Source: Takakia lepidozioides (lineage: Eukaryota; Plantae; Bryophyta). Taken from it: 64,000 nt of DNA. A program made the position numbers and the translations under genes. Below the pieces are notes generated by a model. That model did no database searches. It was not told where the DNA came from and saw nothing but the letters and a program-made list of their open reading frames with translations. The stretch spans positions 23,808,001-23,872,000 of the forward strand of contig CM060732.1 of the NCBI GenBank assembly GCA_030704615.1, in the 5' to 3' direction. Numbering within the stretch: position 1 is the stretch's first letter; each line of letters starts with the position of its first letter. Positions 35,701 through 49,348 of this stretch are shown here, piece by piece.

Positions 35701-38700
35701 TTGCCTGTGGATGAATTAATTGAGAAGGCTGATGGGTTTGCAGGCGTCTTCCCAGGTAATCACCCTTCAAGTGTTTGAATTCCCTTGATGTTTAGATTTC
35801 TAGTTTGCAGGAAGGTGAAGGTATTTTGTATTTGCCAGATTTCTCTTACAACCGAAAAAGGTTTGTTTGACTCGTAGTCAGGCTACCTATCACATGCAAA
35901 TCTCTCAACTTCTCTCTCTCTCTGTAGTTCTTTGTTCTCTGTTGTTCTGGACATAAGCACCTGCTTTATCAGTAGTTTCAATAATGGGAGATGTATGCAG
36001 AGCACAAGTATGAGATAGTGAAGCGGTTGCAAGACAAGAAACATATCTGCGGAATGACGGGGGATGGTGTAAATGATGCTCCGGCATTGAAGAAGGCTGA
36101 CATTGGTATTGCGGTTGCGGATGCGACTGATGCCGCACGTAGTGCATCCGACATTGTCCTGACGGAGCCTGGCCTCAGTGTGATTATCAGTGCAGTGCTG
36201 ACCAGCCGAGCCATATTCCAACGCATGAAAAACTACACTGTGTGTATCTGACCTCTATCTGAGACGCTATATGCTACGAGGTTTCTTTATTTTCTTATGT
36301 ATGTGTGTAAGTAACTAGATTTATCAGAGCAGAGTGGATTTCATGTTGATTGCTGATATTAATCATGGGTGGTCATTGTTGAGGCCTGTTCACTGTTAGG
36401 GTTAATGAATAGTCAAATATGGTTAGCAGGCTGCTAACATCTGTAATGTTGAATACTTTCAAGCACTTAAAAGATGTACCTCTACCAGCTTGCTTATCTC
36501 TTCTACGGTTTCGTCTTTATTCATGACATCAAGCTGTGGGTTGGGCATTTGGCAGATTTATGCTGTCTCGATCACCATCCGTATCGTGGTAAGTACCAGT
36601 ATCGGTTCATCTTGTAATAGATAATCTCACCTTTCGACATGTTTTTGGAAGAACTGTGTTGTTTCCTTGTTAGGTAACTTTGCACTCCATCCTCTCTGTA
36701 GTAAGCTTGCATGCCTCACTTAGTAAGCAGAAGATATTTTGTCGTTCTTTTCCCCACTATTCTGATAGAGAATTTGAACGGATATAGGTGATGTCTGGAA
36801 AATCACATTAAGTAGTAGTTTTGTATGCTTGTTTGAGGGAGGCATACCTTGTTGATGGAGCTCATTGTTGTCTTTCAGCTAGGATTTATGTTACTGGCAT
36901 TGATCTGGAAATTCGATTTCTCCCCCCTTATGGTGCTTATTATCGCCATTCTTAATGATGGTATGTCTCCACCAATCTTTACAGGAAACAGAGGGGGGAT
37001 GTACTCAGGAGATGTTGTTTGCCGTAGCCTTGTGGCCATAGACCCCATGCCTAGTTTAGGCGGAAAAAGAGAGAGAGAGAGAACAAACTCTACTGGAAAC
37101 CTCTATGAGACCTACTTGGTTGTCTCTTTAGGCTTGTTCATTCCTCACATCCTTTGTATGCTTGGTCTCAAATATTCACTGAGTTCTCCAAGTAATCATG
37201 CGAGTTCTGGCCTGGTGAGTGGGTGGCACGTCATTTGTCTGTCTGAATGATTATTTGGTGATTATGAAAATTGGCTGTTATATGTAAACTTTCTGTTGGG
37301 GCTCAGGTACTATCATGACCATATCCAAGGATCGTGTGAAGCCATCACCTTTGCCAGACAGCTGGAAATTGAAGGAGATTTTTGCAACTGGGCTTGTTCT
37401 TGGATGCTACCTAGCAATTATGACAGTAATTTTCTTTTGGGCCATGAGTCGGACTAACTTCTTTGAGGTATGACACAGTTTTTGTGTCCTTCACTATCAT
37501 GTTATAATCATTAAGCAGGGTTAAAGGTTATTTTGCAATTGTGACCACACCACTTGCCATGTCTGCATAGTGGGGGAACAGGCTGGTGTATAGGTTGGAA
37601 CTCAATTGGTTAGAGCACCTTTGTAAGACAAATATGCTCTTCCCACTCTAGAGTGTTGGCCCCCATGTAGAGGAGTAGCCAGTAAATCGTTGTGGTTGGG
37701 CAGTACCTTATAGTTGACTCCTTGAGTTTTTGTACTCTACAAACCCCAGCCCATCATCTCCTGCAATGGAACTAACGGCCAACCCAACAACCAAGTGTGA
37801 TGTGTGATTTCAGACTTGAATGGATGTGTGTGGATGCAGAAACATTTTCATGTTAGGCACATTGGCAAACATGACACTGGTGAGCTGACTGCTGCCATCT
37901 ACTTGCAAGTCAGCATTGTGAGCCAGGCCCTGATTTTTGTCACGCGTTCCCGGAGTTGGTCCTTTGTTGAGCGACCAGGCATGCTACTCTTGTTTGCCTT
38001 CATGGCTGCCCAACTGGTAAGCCACTCTTCTCCTGCCTTCTTCCCACACTCTCGAATATTTCCTTCTTCCTGGTACGTTCCTTTATTTCCACCTTGACAT
38101 GGCTGGTGGGACATCATCAGGTTGAGTTTTCAGTGAAGGTCCCCGCTATTTTCTTCAAATGCATTCTAAGCTCATAGTAGTGAACTACTATGCGCCCATG
38201 ATTGGACAGATGGAAAAGAGGGGAGGTAGAGAGAGAGATGTAGGGAGGCAAGGCAGAGGTTTCAATGTGTTTAATCAGAATGGTGGTGTTGCAGATTGCC
38301 ACCTTTATAGCAGTGTATGCAAATTGGGGGTTTGCTGGCATCAATGGCATAGGGTGGGGGTGGGCAGGAGTCATTTGGCTCTACAGCTTTGTCACTTACT
38401 TTCCACTTGACATTATCAAGTTTGCTGTTCGTTACATCCTGAGCGGGAAGGCATGGGATCAAATGCTTGAAAGCAAGGTACTGTCTTTTCTCTTCCTGCA
38501 TCCAAGTCCAGTCATAATTGCTAGGAGAGCATATCATTTATCTAGCAATTACAGAGGAAAACTGCAGGTGGTGGGTCGAAGACATCAAAATGCAGGAACT
38601 ATCACTGTTGTGTACTTTGCAGTGGTAACTTTCCTTGCAGCAGTTGCGTCATTGTGAAATGGATGTTACGGGGATCAGCATAGCAACTGATTGTTCCTTG

Positions 38701-39614
38701 TCCCTTTCGTTGGGTCAGTAATGTCTGGGTTACTCACAAGTTGTCGAAGTGCAATAGACTCGTGTTATTCCAGTGAGTTTGATTGTTTCTGAGCCACAGG
38801 TCGAGCTGGATATCTGTGCAGAAGCTTAGCATCTTCTTCTATCTATACTACCATCATTCAAGTTTGGAGTTAGGATTTTTCACTCATGGAAAATTGTGGT
38901 ATTATTTTAAGTGCCATTAAACCTCATACTTCGATTCAATGCTGAAAGATATCTTGAACATATGCTGCAGACTGCATTTACGAGGCAGAAGGACTTTGGG
39001 AAGGAGGCACGGGAGGCTGAGTGGGCCCATGCTCAGCGGACTCTGCATGGGCTCCATCCACCTGAATCAAAAGATGGTGGAGAACGTAGTGGCTTCAAAG
39101 ACCTGGGTGACATGGCAGACCAGGCTAAGCGACGCGCTGAAATTGCTAGGTAATTCTTTTTCACACCTTGTATGATAGAATCCACCTCCATCAATCCTAA
39201 GTTCTTTGACCATGTAATGTTGTCTAGGGTTGCCGAGAATAGAGTTGAGCCAACTCTCTATACTGCATTGTACATGTTGCAACTTCCTTGGAGCATGGGG
39301 GCTTAGTCTTAATAGTAGTATAGTAGCTGTGGGGATGATCCAGAAGGCTAGGAAGTCATGGCTCCTTTTGAAGGAATGCAGTTTTGCTACTCACTTTCAT
39401 GGCTTAGATTGTGTCTTGCAATCATATTTGTATCGCAGGCCTAAATAGGAAAGCCATCCTTAGATGTGTGTCGTAAAGGATCTCTGTCCCCTATTGATGG
39501 TGAGGATGATTCCACAGGTTAAGAGAGCTGCACACATTGAAGGGGCATGTGGAGTCGGTGGTGCGCTTGAAGGGGTTGGATATTAACACCATTCAACAGG
39601 CTTATACTGTATAG
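29719..39614 (+). CDS. AHA: Plasma-membrane P3A H+-ATPase with penultimate Thr, 21 exons
   Basis: Exons (approx.): 29719-29799, 30242-30361, 30886-30984, 31260-31397, 31553-31687, 32043-32222, 32399-32605, 32963-33082, 33526-33645, 33916-34041, 34595-34699, 35151-35295, 35591-35755, 36001-36239, 36556-36588, 36879-36960, 37307-37467, 37840-38016, 38295-38477, 38971-39149, 39518-39614. Motifs [36 protein letters not shown]; C-terminus IQQAYTV*. Confidence 0.98.
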
Positions 39615-40737
39615 AATTCCAGTGCAATTGGGTCCTTGTAGCATTTGTTGGCACATTTTTGAGGTGTGTCAACAGCAAGACTGGTGTCTGGAAGGTTGAG
39701 TATAGAAATTTTTCTGTGCCCCATGTTGTGGGGTAATTATGATTGGTTACCAGCTCTTACAAATAGCAGGAGTTGGACAGAGTTACGGGCGTTTCGGGAG
39801 ACCAAAATGGTGCTGGGATTCATGAGTTTATTTAGGTAGAGGAACTTTCAGTTCTGAGCTCTTGTATGGCCGTCGTGGTTAAGGACCACTCGTTTCACTC
39901 CCAAGATTCTTTCACATGTAATTCTAAAGGTCACAAATGAATGCATCGGGGAGTTGTTTATGACATTGTAAGAGTTCGCACCTTCGTTTGAATCAGTTTC
40001 TCAGTCGGTTTGAATCACTTTGAGTGGGTGGTTAGCTGGAAAAAGATTGATTCCCATCTGCAAGACCTAGCTCATTACCGACTACCCCGCAATCCCATCC
40101 CCACCAAACCAACCCAGACCACCCTGAGGCCTTCGTGAGAACCTGAAACTACTTGCTTATTCGAGATATTTCCAACAACACTCGTCGACCTTGTTTGTTC
40201 TCCTACATTACTTGTAGATTGCCGGGAGACAACCCACACTGGGAAGTTCAGCAGGGTAATCACCAGTTGGCCTCACATGGCAAAAAACCTAGATCCCGTG
40301 CCAGATCTAACTCTTCTATTCCCCCCACCCCTTTCGAAACGACGGACCAAACAGAAACAAGGACGAATGCCATTACCTTTCCATCCTGAAGCCCAATCCA
40401 TGAGAAAAAGACGTCATCTTGCGGTTTTGCTGAGAAGGAACTCTTACGAAAGAAATCCCCGTAAGTTATACAAGAAGCAAACCCTAAAAGAGCCCCTGCT
40501 TTCCTTTATATGCAAAGTTGAAATACCGGGTCGCTAAGTAATGTGAAAAAGATTTTGCAGACCTCACTTTGATTTCCGTCTTGTAATGCAAAGGTAGAAT
40601 GCTGCACTGTTTGGCGCAATTGTTGCTTATTGAGGGAGTTGTCATTGAATACGTGACGGAGCTTGGTCAGTAGATCGGAGTTGGAAGGAAGTTCATGGCA
40701 AGACGAGCTTGCGGTGGTCTATGAGGGGATCATGCTC

Positions 40738-43204
40738 ATGGATCCAGCTCTCTTCTCGGCAGGCAACCTCTTTGAAGCTGGCGACTCTGGTTCGTCTCTC
40801 TTCCTGTCTCTCTTGATAATGTATTTTGCCAGTTAACCAGAATGATGTGTTCTTGACAGTCAAGGCCTTCAAGAGTATAACACCGCAATTTGGAAAGCTT
40901 CCATTGCCCTATTTTTGGTACTGGTGTGGTGGTCACAGAGGGTGGTAATGAGATACAAATTACGTTTGAACGTGATTTGAGGTGACGGTAATGAACGTAT
41001 CGTGGGGCAGATGCAACTGCCTGGGGAGGTTCGCTTCTTCTGTAAAAACATATCCGATTCTAACCATTTCACTTTTGATGTCTGCTCAACGCTGGTGGCT
41101 GATGAGGTGTAGGTGGGGTGGACAGAGGAGTCTGGAAGCTCCGAGGGAGAAAGCGCCTTTGTGGAGAGAGATCATGAGTTTCCTGGCGTGGTACGCACGC
41201 GCTCTCTCTCTCTCTCCCCCTCCCCCCCAAGCTTTGGGGTTTCCTGTGAATTCCCTGTTTTTTATTTTTTCGTTGTTTCGGTTTGTCGAACAGTCCTAGG
41301 TCTCTCAATGCCCAAATACCTGGAATTTGAGTATTCGTCTTGAACCATTGGGCGTTGAAATTTTTTATCTGCCATTACATGATGACCCAGTGCAATTTGT
41401 GACACCAGTTGTGCTGCCCATGTGAAAAGCCTGTCTGCAATTTAGGCCACCACCAGAACTTATTTCTGGTGATTGTAATTACACCAATCGTTGAGAAGAA
41501 ATATGGAGTACCGCACATCTAAGCTCATGGGTGCTATACAGATTTTGCGTATTCGAGAATTCTCGTTTCATCCAGTGAATGCCAATTTGCTGTGGCCTGG
41601 TTCTTGTCTGTTTGCGGACTGGCTCATCCATCACCAGGCCTTGCTGCATAAGCGACGTGTTCTGGAACTAGGCAGGTTTGTTTCCTACCTTTGCAACCTT
41701 AAACCAAACCCTCCCCCTCCTAATGTTAAGGTGTGTGAAAGTTCTCAGTTACTTTTTGATCCATCGACAGCTCCTAGTTTCAGCTCTGTCAAGTGATTTC
41801 TAATCCCGGTGGGGGATGGCTTTTGCAGCGGGACAGGAGCACTGGCGGTTTATCTTAAGAAAACTCTTGGACTCGACATCACCACCTCTGACTACAATGA
41901 TGAGGAGATAGAACACAATATTGCCTACAATTGCTGTGCAAATGGGGTGCCGGTAGTGCCTCATATTCGACGTGAGCACTCAGATTCAAATTCAGGGTGT
42001 ATTGTGAATTTGAATTCTTCAGATTCTAATACAACCTAGACAAGAAAGACATATTTCCTTTGTTCCTTATACCTTGTGACACTTCTATATTGACTCTATG
42101 ATCTGTCCTCAATTGGTTGTAACACATACCCACGCTCCCTCTACCAGTTGACAACAACTGCTGTTTAGTCTGTTACTGGCTGAAATGGATATCTGTTTTG
42201 GGAAAGAACTTATGGGTCAGGCAGTGCATGTGTGGTTCTGCTAAGAATGTGTGTCCAGTGCTGGGCGTAGTGGTGATAGGGTCCATGGACTTCTGGTTCT
42301 TCTATGTCTCCATGTTCTCTAGATAAGGAATTGTAACAAATGGATGAGCTGCTCTTGTTCTGAAAGTAATGGTTTTGTGTGACAGATACATGGGGTGGCA
42401 AGTTTCCATGTCAGAAGCCAGACTGGGATCTGATTCTTGCCAGTGATATTCTACTCTGTAAGTATCCTTATCTGCATTTGTCTCAACTTAATCTGAGAAG
42501 AATGTCTGGGATTGAGGGGATATTTTCCCTTGGCCATTTGCTTGTAATATGTTGCAACTTTATTTGCGATGAAGAGGCAGATGGGATGAAGTAGGGGATG
42601 ATGAACAGAAAGGGCTTTCTACTGGATCTGAGGTACATTGGTGCTTTGTGCTTGGCCCTGAGCAGATGTGAAGCAGTACCCCAATCTCATTAAGACGCTG
42701 ACCTTCCTTCTGCGAGATACTGTGGAGATAACCCACGATGCATTGACCTCAAATTCAGCACAAACTCTGTCCAGTCAGTCAGAGCAGAATGTTAAAGAAC
42801 CAACATTGGAGCACTCTAAAGTCAGCCTGGTAGATGCGGACAGCCATTTTCTGCAGACTGGCTTGGTTGCATTGGATCATCTTGTTTCAACTGTAGGCAG
42901 TAGCAAGGGTAAAGAGGAAGCTCAAGGTGAATCAAGAGACCAAGAAAGCCTAGATTTTTTAAAGGTAAGTGCTGGCAGTGTTGAAAATGTGAAAAAAGTT
43001 GCCCAGTGTCAAAATAGACGAACACCGACGCCCATCCCCAGGTGGCTGCCTAAACCTTGCTTCTTGATGAGTTGGCGTCGTAGGATTCCAAAAGAAGATG
43101 AAGCACTTTTCTTCAATGGCTGCAGAGCAGCAGGTTTTAGTATAATTGATTATGGGTCACGTGTGTACTGTATCCATCCATCCATGATTCAAGATTGTCT
43201 TTGA
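40738..43204 (+). CDS. SAM-dependent methyltransferase, family 16 (METTL21/23-like), 6 exons
   Basis: Exons ~40738-40789, 41113-41190, 41542-41674, 41828-41971, 42386-42458, 42666-43204. Motifs REFSFHPVNANLLWPG, VLELGSGTG, TTSDYND, HTWG, WDLILASDILLY, FLMSWRRRI. An alternative in-frame ATG lies at 40732. Confidence 0.9.
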
Positions 43205-43715
43205 TCCCAATCTATTACTTCTCAACCCTGGTTACAGAGCTTTCATTGTGCGCAACTTATTCCCCTTCCACTGAAGCTTGCACTTACAACCAAATTGATT
43301 GGCATGGGTGGCTAGTTCATGAATGTACAGTGAAGTTTCAGGGTCAGTATTCATTGAGCACAAAGAAACCATGAAGCTCATGAACTTCTTCATGAAGCTT
43401 GGAGGCATACCTCCATAGTAAGATTCTAATATATGGACGGGGGCCTGGAGAGGTGCCCATTAGTGCTGTCTACAACTCACCTCCGATGCACTGAAGAAGT
43501 AAACCGTTTCTTTATGCAGAGCCACTGTTGCCAAAGAGTAATTCTGTACAAGTACCTCCACAATGTGTGTCTGTGTCAGTGATAGACACAGAAAAGAGGT
43601 TGTTTGTTTGCACACAATCATAGATGATGGACGTATCAAGAGTTGGAGTTGAGCATTTGGTGTGTACAAAGTGGGTGGGATCTGCATACAAGTGACAAAT
43701 TCGTGCTTATAGCGG

Positions 43716-43870
43716 CTCTCATTTTTGAATAATTGGGTCTTTAAGTCTCACTTGTGAGCCAGGCAACGCACGGACCCAAGAACGCAGGGTCGCCCCCCCC
43801 CCCTTTCCCGCGCGCGACCACCCAGCGGGTCTACTCGCGGGTCCGGATCTGCCGGGGGTCCAACTTAAGA
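43716..43870. mobile_element. Single diverged arm of the 20513-21133 MITE family
   Basis: CTCTCATTTTTGAATAATTGGGTCTTTAAGTCTCACTTGTGAGCCAGGCA matches that element's TIR. Confidence 0.75.
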
Positions 43871-44765
43871 AAACAAAAAAAAAAAACTTTATATATATAT
43901 ATAATTCACAGGGAACTTTCTCGGATTAGTAGTTAGAACTGGAAAACTAAACAAAGCATAGCTTCCTTATTTCTGAGCGCATCCCATCCGTCCAAGCTAG
44001 GTCATGGGCGACTGTTTTTGTGGGTGATTACTGAACTAAAGTTAAACCGGATTACAAATAAGATGAACATAAACGGAACACTGATGAGGAACCTGTATGA
44101 GGAACCTGTATGAGGAACTCCATCGCACAAGCAAAGGAAGTTTCCTCAAGAGTCCCAAGTGAGTAAAGCTGCCAGATTTGCAAGAAAGCTGTAAGCTGGC
44201 GATGGAAGGTGGTCGTTTGTGAGTTTGATGAGCATCGGTGCTGTATAGCGGGTAATTTTCTCTGCCTTCAGAGATGTTAGTTGGGAGAAGATTCTAGTAT
44301 TCAATTTCTCTCTCTCTCTCTCTCCACAACTGATTATTACATGTTGATAACACATAGAGAGGTCTTTGGGTCCGATTGTTGTGTACTTGACTGCCGAACT
44401 TTCTCTTTTACTCGAAAACCTCACAGCCCAAAGGCGTACTCGGTTGCAGTGTATCTAGGATAAGCCTCCTCCGTTTCTCTTACACAAAAGAGGCTTACAG
44501 ATTGAACACAGATATCCAACAAGGAGTACTCGGTGGCAATCTAAGGCTTACGTCATGCGGACAATGTAATTGTACAGAAACGCACTGACAAGGCTTCAGC
44601 ATGGTTTGGGAAATCCTTGCTTTTAGGCATTCGTCCCCCCCTTCCTTTAGATAAAGTGTGGGTTGTAAGGCTATGTTAAGCGTGGTCTGAGAAGCACACT
44701 TGCCTCTGCAGGGACAAAAACCAATTGTGGCATACGGATAGGGAGGAAGCAGAAATTCAATAGAT

Positions 44766-46565
44766 ATGGCAGCTTCAATGAGTGGAAGCAAGCTGGCTTG
44801 GCTGTGCTATCTACTGTACTTTTGGTCGGTCTTCTTCGAGACAGTGACAGCCAGAAAACCCTTACAGACAACCAACTTCCAGGTCCCAGAGATTTACCCT
44901 GAGAGCTTTGACTGGGACGCCAAACATGAACGATTTATATTGGGTTCTACCACCATGGGCTCCCTCCTCTCCCTCTCTCTCGACGGTACAGTTGAGGAAT
45001 TTGTGAAAGATGTAGACTACGCTGGCAAGGCTGCTGTTCTTGGGGTCTCCGCAGATGCCAAAAACAATAGAGTTGTTGCTGCTGTCCAAGACTTGAATAA
45101 TTCTGCTCCCTTCTTCAGTGGGATTGCAGCCTATAATCTGGATTCCAAGGAGAGACTCTTCTTCACTAGATTGGACAACGTCCGTGTGGAAGAAGGTAAG
45201 CCAGTTCACATTTCATGACAATTTGAGGCACGGATGTGCTGGTCAGATTGTCTTTTCTCCTTCATACCTTACTGGTTGTCAGAACTCCAGGTCTCCCATG
45301 TGTGAAAAGGGTTTTATAGCAATATTGTCTGCTTCTACCACGAGCACATGTAGTAATTCTCACCTATCAACCAGCAGTGGGATCAAGCTTGAGCAATCGT
45401 TGCTGCCTATGGTATGGATTAGTGTTGGGGTTGGAACGTTGGGACTTGTGCATATAATGTTAATTTTGGGGGAGCTCAGAGAGATTGATACAGATGAGTA
45501 AACTAAATCCCTGAGAAAAGGTCCTCATTGTGCATTTCACAGATAATAGACACCAATCCAGTGTCTGTTCCTTTTTGCAATGCATGAACATGTTTATCTG
45601 TCATCTGGTTAGCTGAAGGTCTTTTGGGTTTCAGCTACATGCGATGAATAGAGTGCTAGAATTTTCCAGTTGCAGAAACTTCGGGACTCAAACGTTGCTG
45701 TACAAACTGCTATTGGCTTCATTTTTTATTGTTGGGAAGTTCTTGCTTAAGCAGTGTCCCCCAGATACTGGCCAGAAATGAGAAGGATTGCAGTCATGCA
45801 TATAGGCTTGGGATGGAGTAGTATGGAAGAACTGTTTTAGATGCAAGTAGTTGACGTGTACTTGTATTGTGCAACGAAGGGGAGAGGAGTTGCTCCAATG
45901 ATCTCGCCATTGACCAGGCTGGGAATTCCTATGTAACAAACTGCTTTGGAAATTTTCTGTGGAAAGTGACAAAGGAGGGATCACCATCAGTGTTTACTCA
46001 AGACCCTCTTCTGTCCTCGCAGCAGGTGATTGTGGACCCTTCCATAGCCTTCTGTGGACTCAATGGAATAGCTTACCACAGAGAGGGATTTCTGATTGTT
46101 GGCCAAACAAATTCGGGGGTGCTATTCAGAATCGAACTGGATGATGCAAGTGTGCGGGTTGTGCAAATGAGGGACCGCCTCCCTTCTGCAGATGGAATGG
46201 CTTTCCGGGCAGATGGGACACTCGTGGTTGTTTCAACAGAAAAAGTTTGGCTTGTGGGGAGTGCCAGTAACTGGTATGCAGCCAATGTGGTCGACAGTGT
46301 ACTCTTGAATTCATCTGATTTTGTCACTGCAGTTGTCATAAAGGAACACTCAAGGACATATGTACTACCTGCCTACCTCACAGATCAGCAGCAAGGAATT
46401 TTCCGGAAAGATTTCCAGGTGCGGGAGATAGAATTTTTAGCCGAGTTTCACGACAACGACCCACTATGGTTGGTTGTCATCATTGTCTTATTTGTTGTGG
46501 CAGTATTTGGTTGGAGATTCCAGATGGCACATTTTTACAAACAATACAGGCAGAAGAGAGCCTGA
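44766..46565 (+). CDS. Calcium-dependent phosphotriesterase / SMP-30-gluconolactonase-like beta-propeller protein with signal peptide and C-terminal TM helix, 2 exons
   Basis: Exons 44766-45195 and 45880-46565 (phase-1 GT-AG intron). Motifs YPESFDWD, NDLAIDQAGNSYVTN, GLNGIAYH, ADGMAF. Hydrophobic N-terminus and LWLVVIIVLFVVAVFGW tail. Confidence 0.9.
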
Positions 46566-47890
46566 TTTGGCTGCACCTCATTCAGAACTGGTCTTGTATT
46601 GAGCATGTACAGGGCATCCATTAGTGCGACTAATAATCTACACGATCAATAGATCAAGCTCCTTCAATCACCTTGTACTTTGTGTGAATTCAACCAACGT
46701 GGAGTATTTGGCTATAAAATAAGGGTGCTGTGTGTATCTAGCACGAGTTAGGGACAAGGTACTCCAACTTCCTAAATGTTTCTGACATGTGATGGTACAT
46801 ATCAATAGATTGTGATCGCGGACAGTGCACTCCCAGTATTCAATTTCCCCAATTCATACAGGGAATGCCTTGTTGAAAAGCTTTTGACAATGGGTGGGTG
46901 TCCATTGCGATACACATTGGAAATTGTCCAGAGATAGTGTACACTTGAAACTTCATTACAACATAATTTAGACATGATCATTATGACCATCCATGTTTAT
47001 CTCAGTACAAAGGTAATCAAAGATGTGGCATGGAAAAAAATTGAGTCTACCTGGTTTGAAGGCTGCCCCACTGCTTGCTTTGTCAAGCTTGAATCAGGAA
47101 TGAACCTTGCCATTCTTGCTTGAAATGCCGGGCTTTGCTCTTGTAGATGCCGGTAGTCATAATATATATAGTATGCTAATCATTTCCGCAAAATCCATCA
47201 ACTAAGTAGGTGTGTGAAGAGGTTGCTAATCCAACGGACTGGAGATTTTAAGTACTGGTCACAGTAGAGGGCAATCTTACCCTCATACCAAGTGGCCAAC
47301 CGTCACTACGAAGTGTTTCAACCAGCAAGCTTCTACAAGGGACGCGTCAAAAGTGGAGGGAACCCAACCAATGCCCCCATATCCCACAAATCTCGTGTCA
47401 CTTCCACCTGCACTCCTTCCGTGCAGCACCTGAGGATAAACAGACATCATGACACAATCTCTTATACAACAACTCAATGCAAAGCCTGCGCACAAGAGGA
47501 GATGGCATGCTCTTACTACTTTTCAGGAACAATGGAAAGCAGTTTTTGAGAGGCCAGGCACAGTCTGCGGGCAGTTACAATGTGAAAGCCGCACAAACCC
47601 CAACAACAAGTGTTAGCAGAAGGCAAAGGCGGGAATAGGTGATGTTACCTGTGATGTTAAAGAGGTGTAGTGTAGTCCCCTGGCTCTGGGCATTCCAGCC
47701 CCTATACATACAACACCAAGTCACCACTTTGCACCCACTGCCTGACCCTTTTGCTTCTCTCCACTATCGGCATCCCCTACACGTCCTATGCCTCCCTCCC
47801 TTTTGCTTCTTCCTCTCCATATGTAGATATATACTCTCAATCTCCTCTCTCTCTCCCCCCTCTCTCTGCCACTTTAAAGGTGCCTGCTGG

Positions 47891-49348
47891 CTATCCAGCC
47901 TCAGCAGGCCGTCCGACAATAGCAGTAAGCTCCGCATAGTATGGGCTCTCACGCTGATCGCGCTTGCCATCGGCTACATCCTTAAACTCAGCCATGAGCT
48001 TGTCCCACTTCTCGCGACACTGCTTGCCGTCGCGCTTGATGCCTTGTGCAGCCAACAGCTCTGCAAGCTCATCCCAGAGCGCAGCCCGACGCGTGGACTT
48101 GGCAAACCGTCCCTCCATCTCTCCACGCAGCTTAATCAGCTGCAAGACCTCTGCACGCTTCCAGTTTTTGGAGCGCCGCTTTGGTCCCTGTGGCCCTTCT
48201 GGGCTGCCAACAGTTGGCCCCGCCAGTCCTGTAGCAGCAGCAGCAATCCGGTCACCTACAAGCTTCTGAGTGAGTACAATCATGGCATTGTGAAAGGTGC
48301 CACGCAGCGTTCGCTCTTCAGCTCGCCACTTGTCCTCCTTCTCCTGCCGTAATTGCTCCCTCAGCTGATCCTTCCTCTCCATGGAATCCAACAGATCTCT
48401 GAAAAATCTTTGTTGCCGTGTAATCACTGTCTCCAGCAGACTCTGGACGGCCACTACATCAGTGACAGATATGTACTTGGGACCCCGTTTCTTCTTCCTT
48501 GCCGGCATCCGGGCCTCTCCCTCCTCGTCCTCTTCATCCTTGAAACTGTCTCGAATTACTGCGTCCCCAGGGTCCATGTCTCTTCCAGGAGCTTCCCCAG
48601 CCATATCTCGGTTCACCTCCTTTATAAACTCTCTTCCAGAAGAATCTCTTTCTCTGCTATACACATCTCTCTCCCTCTCTCTTTTCATGGATTTGCCAGA
48701 CAGTAAAGGATGGAGCTCATCGTAGAAAGGGTTGTCCTCCCTGTCTTTCACTCCGTCTCTGACCTCCTTGTAGCCGGCCGTCAGCTTCTCCCACTTGTCG
48801 CGGCATTGCTGTGCATCGCGCGTAATGTGCTCGCGCTGCAGCGCTTCCGCAATTTCATCCCAGAGCTCAGTCTTGCGCCCGCTCTTTGCAAAGCGTGGTT
48901 CGAGCTGGGCGCGCAACCGTATGAGGTGCAGCGTCTCAGGCCGCGTCCAGTTTTTACTGCGCTTCTTATGCTCCCTCTCCCTCTTCTTCTCTTCCTCGGC
49001 GTCCCCGTCGGCCTTCGCCGTCGCTCCTGAGCTCCCATTCTCCAGACCTTTCAGGTCGGGTTGTGTGGACAGAGCCAGCAATGTCGTCATGGACTGGGTC
49101 GGGGGCAACGACGAGCCTAGCGAGTGCGGCGACTCGCATGGAGACAGCACTTCGTCACGCGAGGGTGAAGACGTCGCTTTCTCTCTCAGAGGCTCACTCG
49201 ACGAGGACGGCAGTGGCATGGGGTGGTAGGGGGCATCCTCATCGTCATCTTCGTCAGGTGCAACATGCTCCGCCACCTGTATGGCATGGAAAAGGGACGC
49301 CTGCGCTGCCCGAATGTGCGTCGGGAGGGGTGACGGGGAGCTGTACAT
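47891..49348 (-). CDS. Trihelix transcription factor with two Myb/SANT-like domains (GT-2-like), intronless CDS
   Basis: Two domains (KNWTRPETLHLIRLR..LWDEIAE..RDAQQCRDKWEKL and KNWKRAEVLQLIKLR..LWDELAE..RDGKQCREKWDKL) flank a coiled coil. First ATG is at 49348; the ORF-track start at 49441 is GTG. Confidence 0.95.
   Translation of the reverse strand: MYSSPSPLPTHIRAAQASLFHAIQVAEHVAPDEDDDEDAPYHPMPLPSSSSEPLREKATSSPSRDEVLSPCESPHSLGSSLPPTQSMTTLLALSTQPDLKGLENGSSGATAKADGDAEEEKKREREHKKRSKNWTRPETLHLIRLRAQLEPRFAKSGRKTELWDEIAEALQREHITRDAQQCRDKWEKLTAGYKEVRDGVKDREDNPFYDELHPLLSGKSMKRERERDVYSRERDSSGREFIKEVNRDMAGEAPGRDMDPGDAVIRDSFKDEEDEEGEARMPARKKKRGPKYISVTDVVAVQSLLETVITRQQRFFRDLLDSMERKDQLREQLRQEKEDKWRAEERTLRGTFHNAMIVLTQKLVGDRIAAAATGLAGPTVGSPEGPQGPKRRSKNWKRAEVLQLIKLRGEMEGRFAKSTRRAALWDELAELLAAQGIKRDGKQCREKWDKLMAEFKDVADGKRDQRESPYYAELTAIVGRPAEAG

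Noticed and set aside
37598-37630. tRNA-like CTCAATTGGTTAGAGCACC in an ATPase intron
   Set aside because: No B-box or acceptor stem follows.
44081-44120. Hammerhead ribozyme suggested by CTGATGAG
   Set aside because: It is part of a short 13-bp tandem repeat (TGAGGAACCTGTA); no GAAA core or flanking stems in the right geometry.
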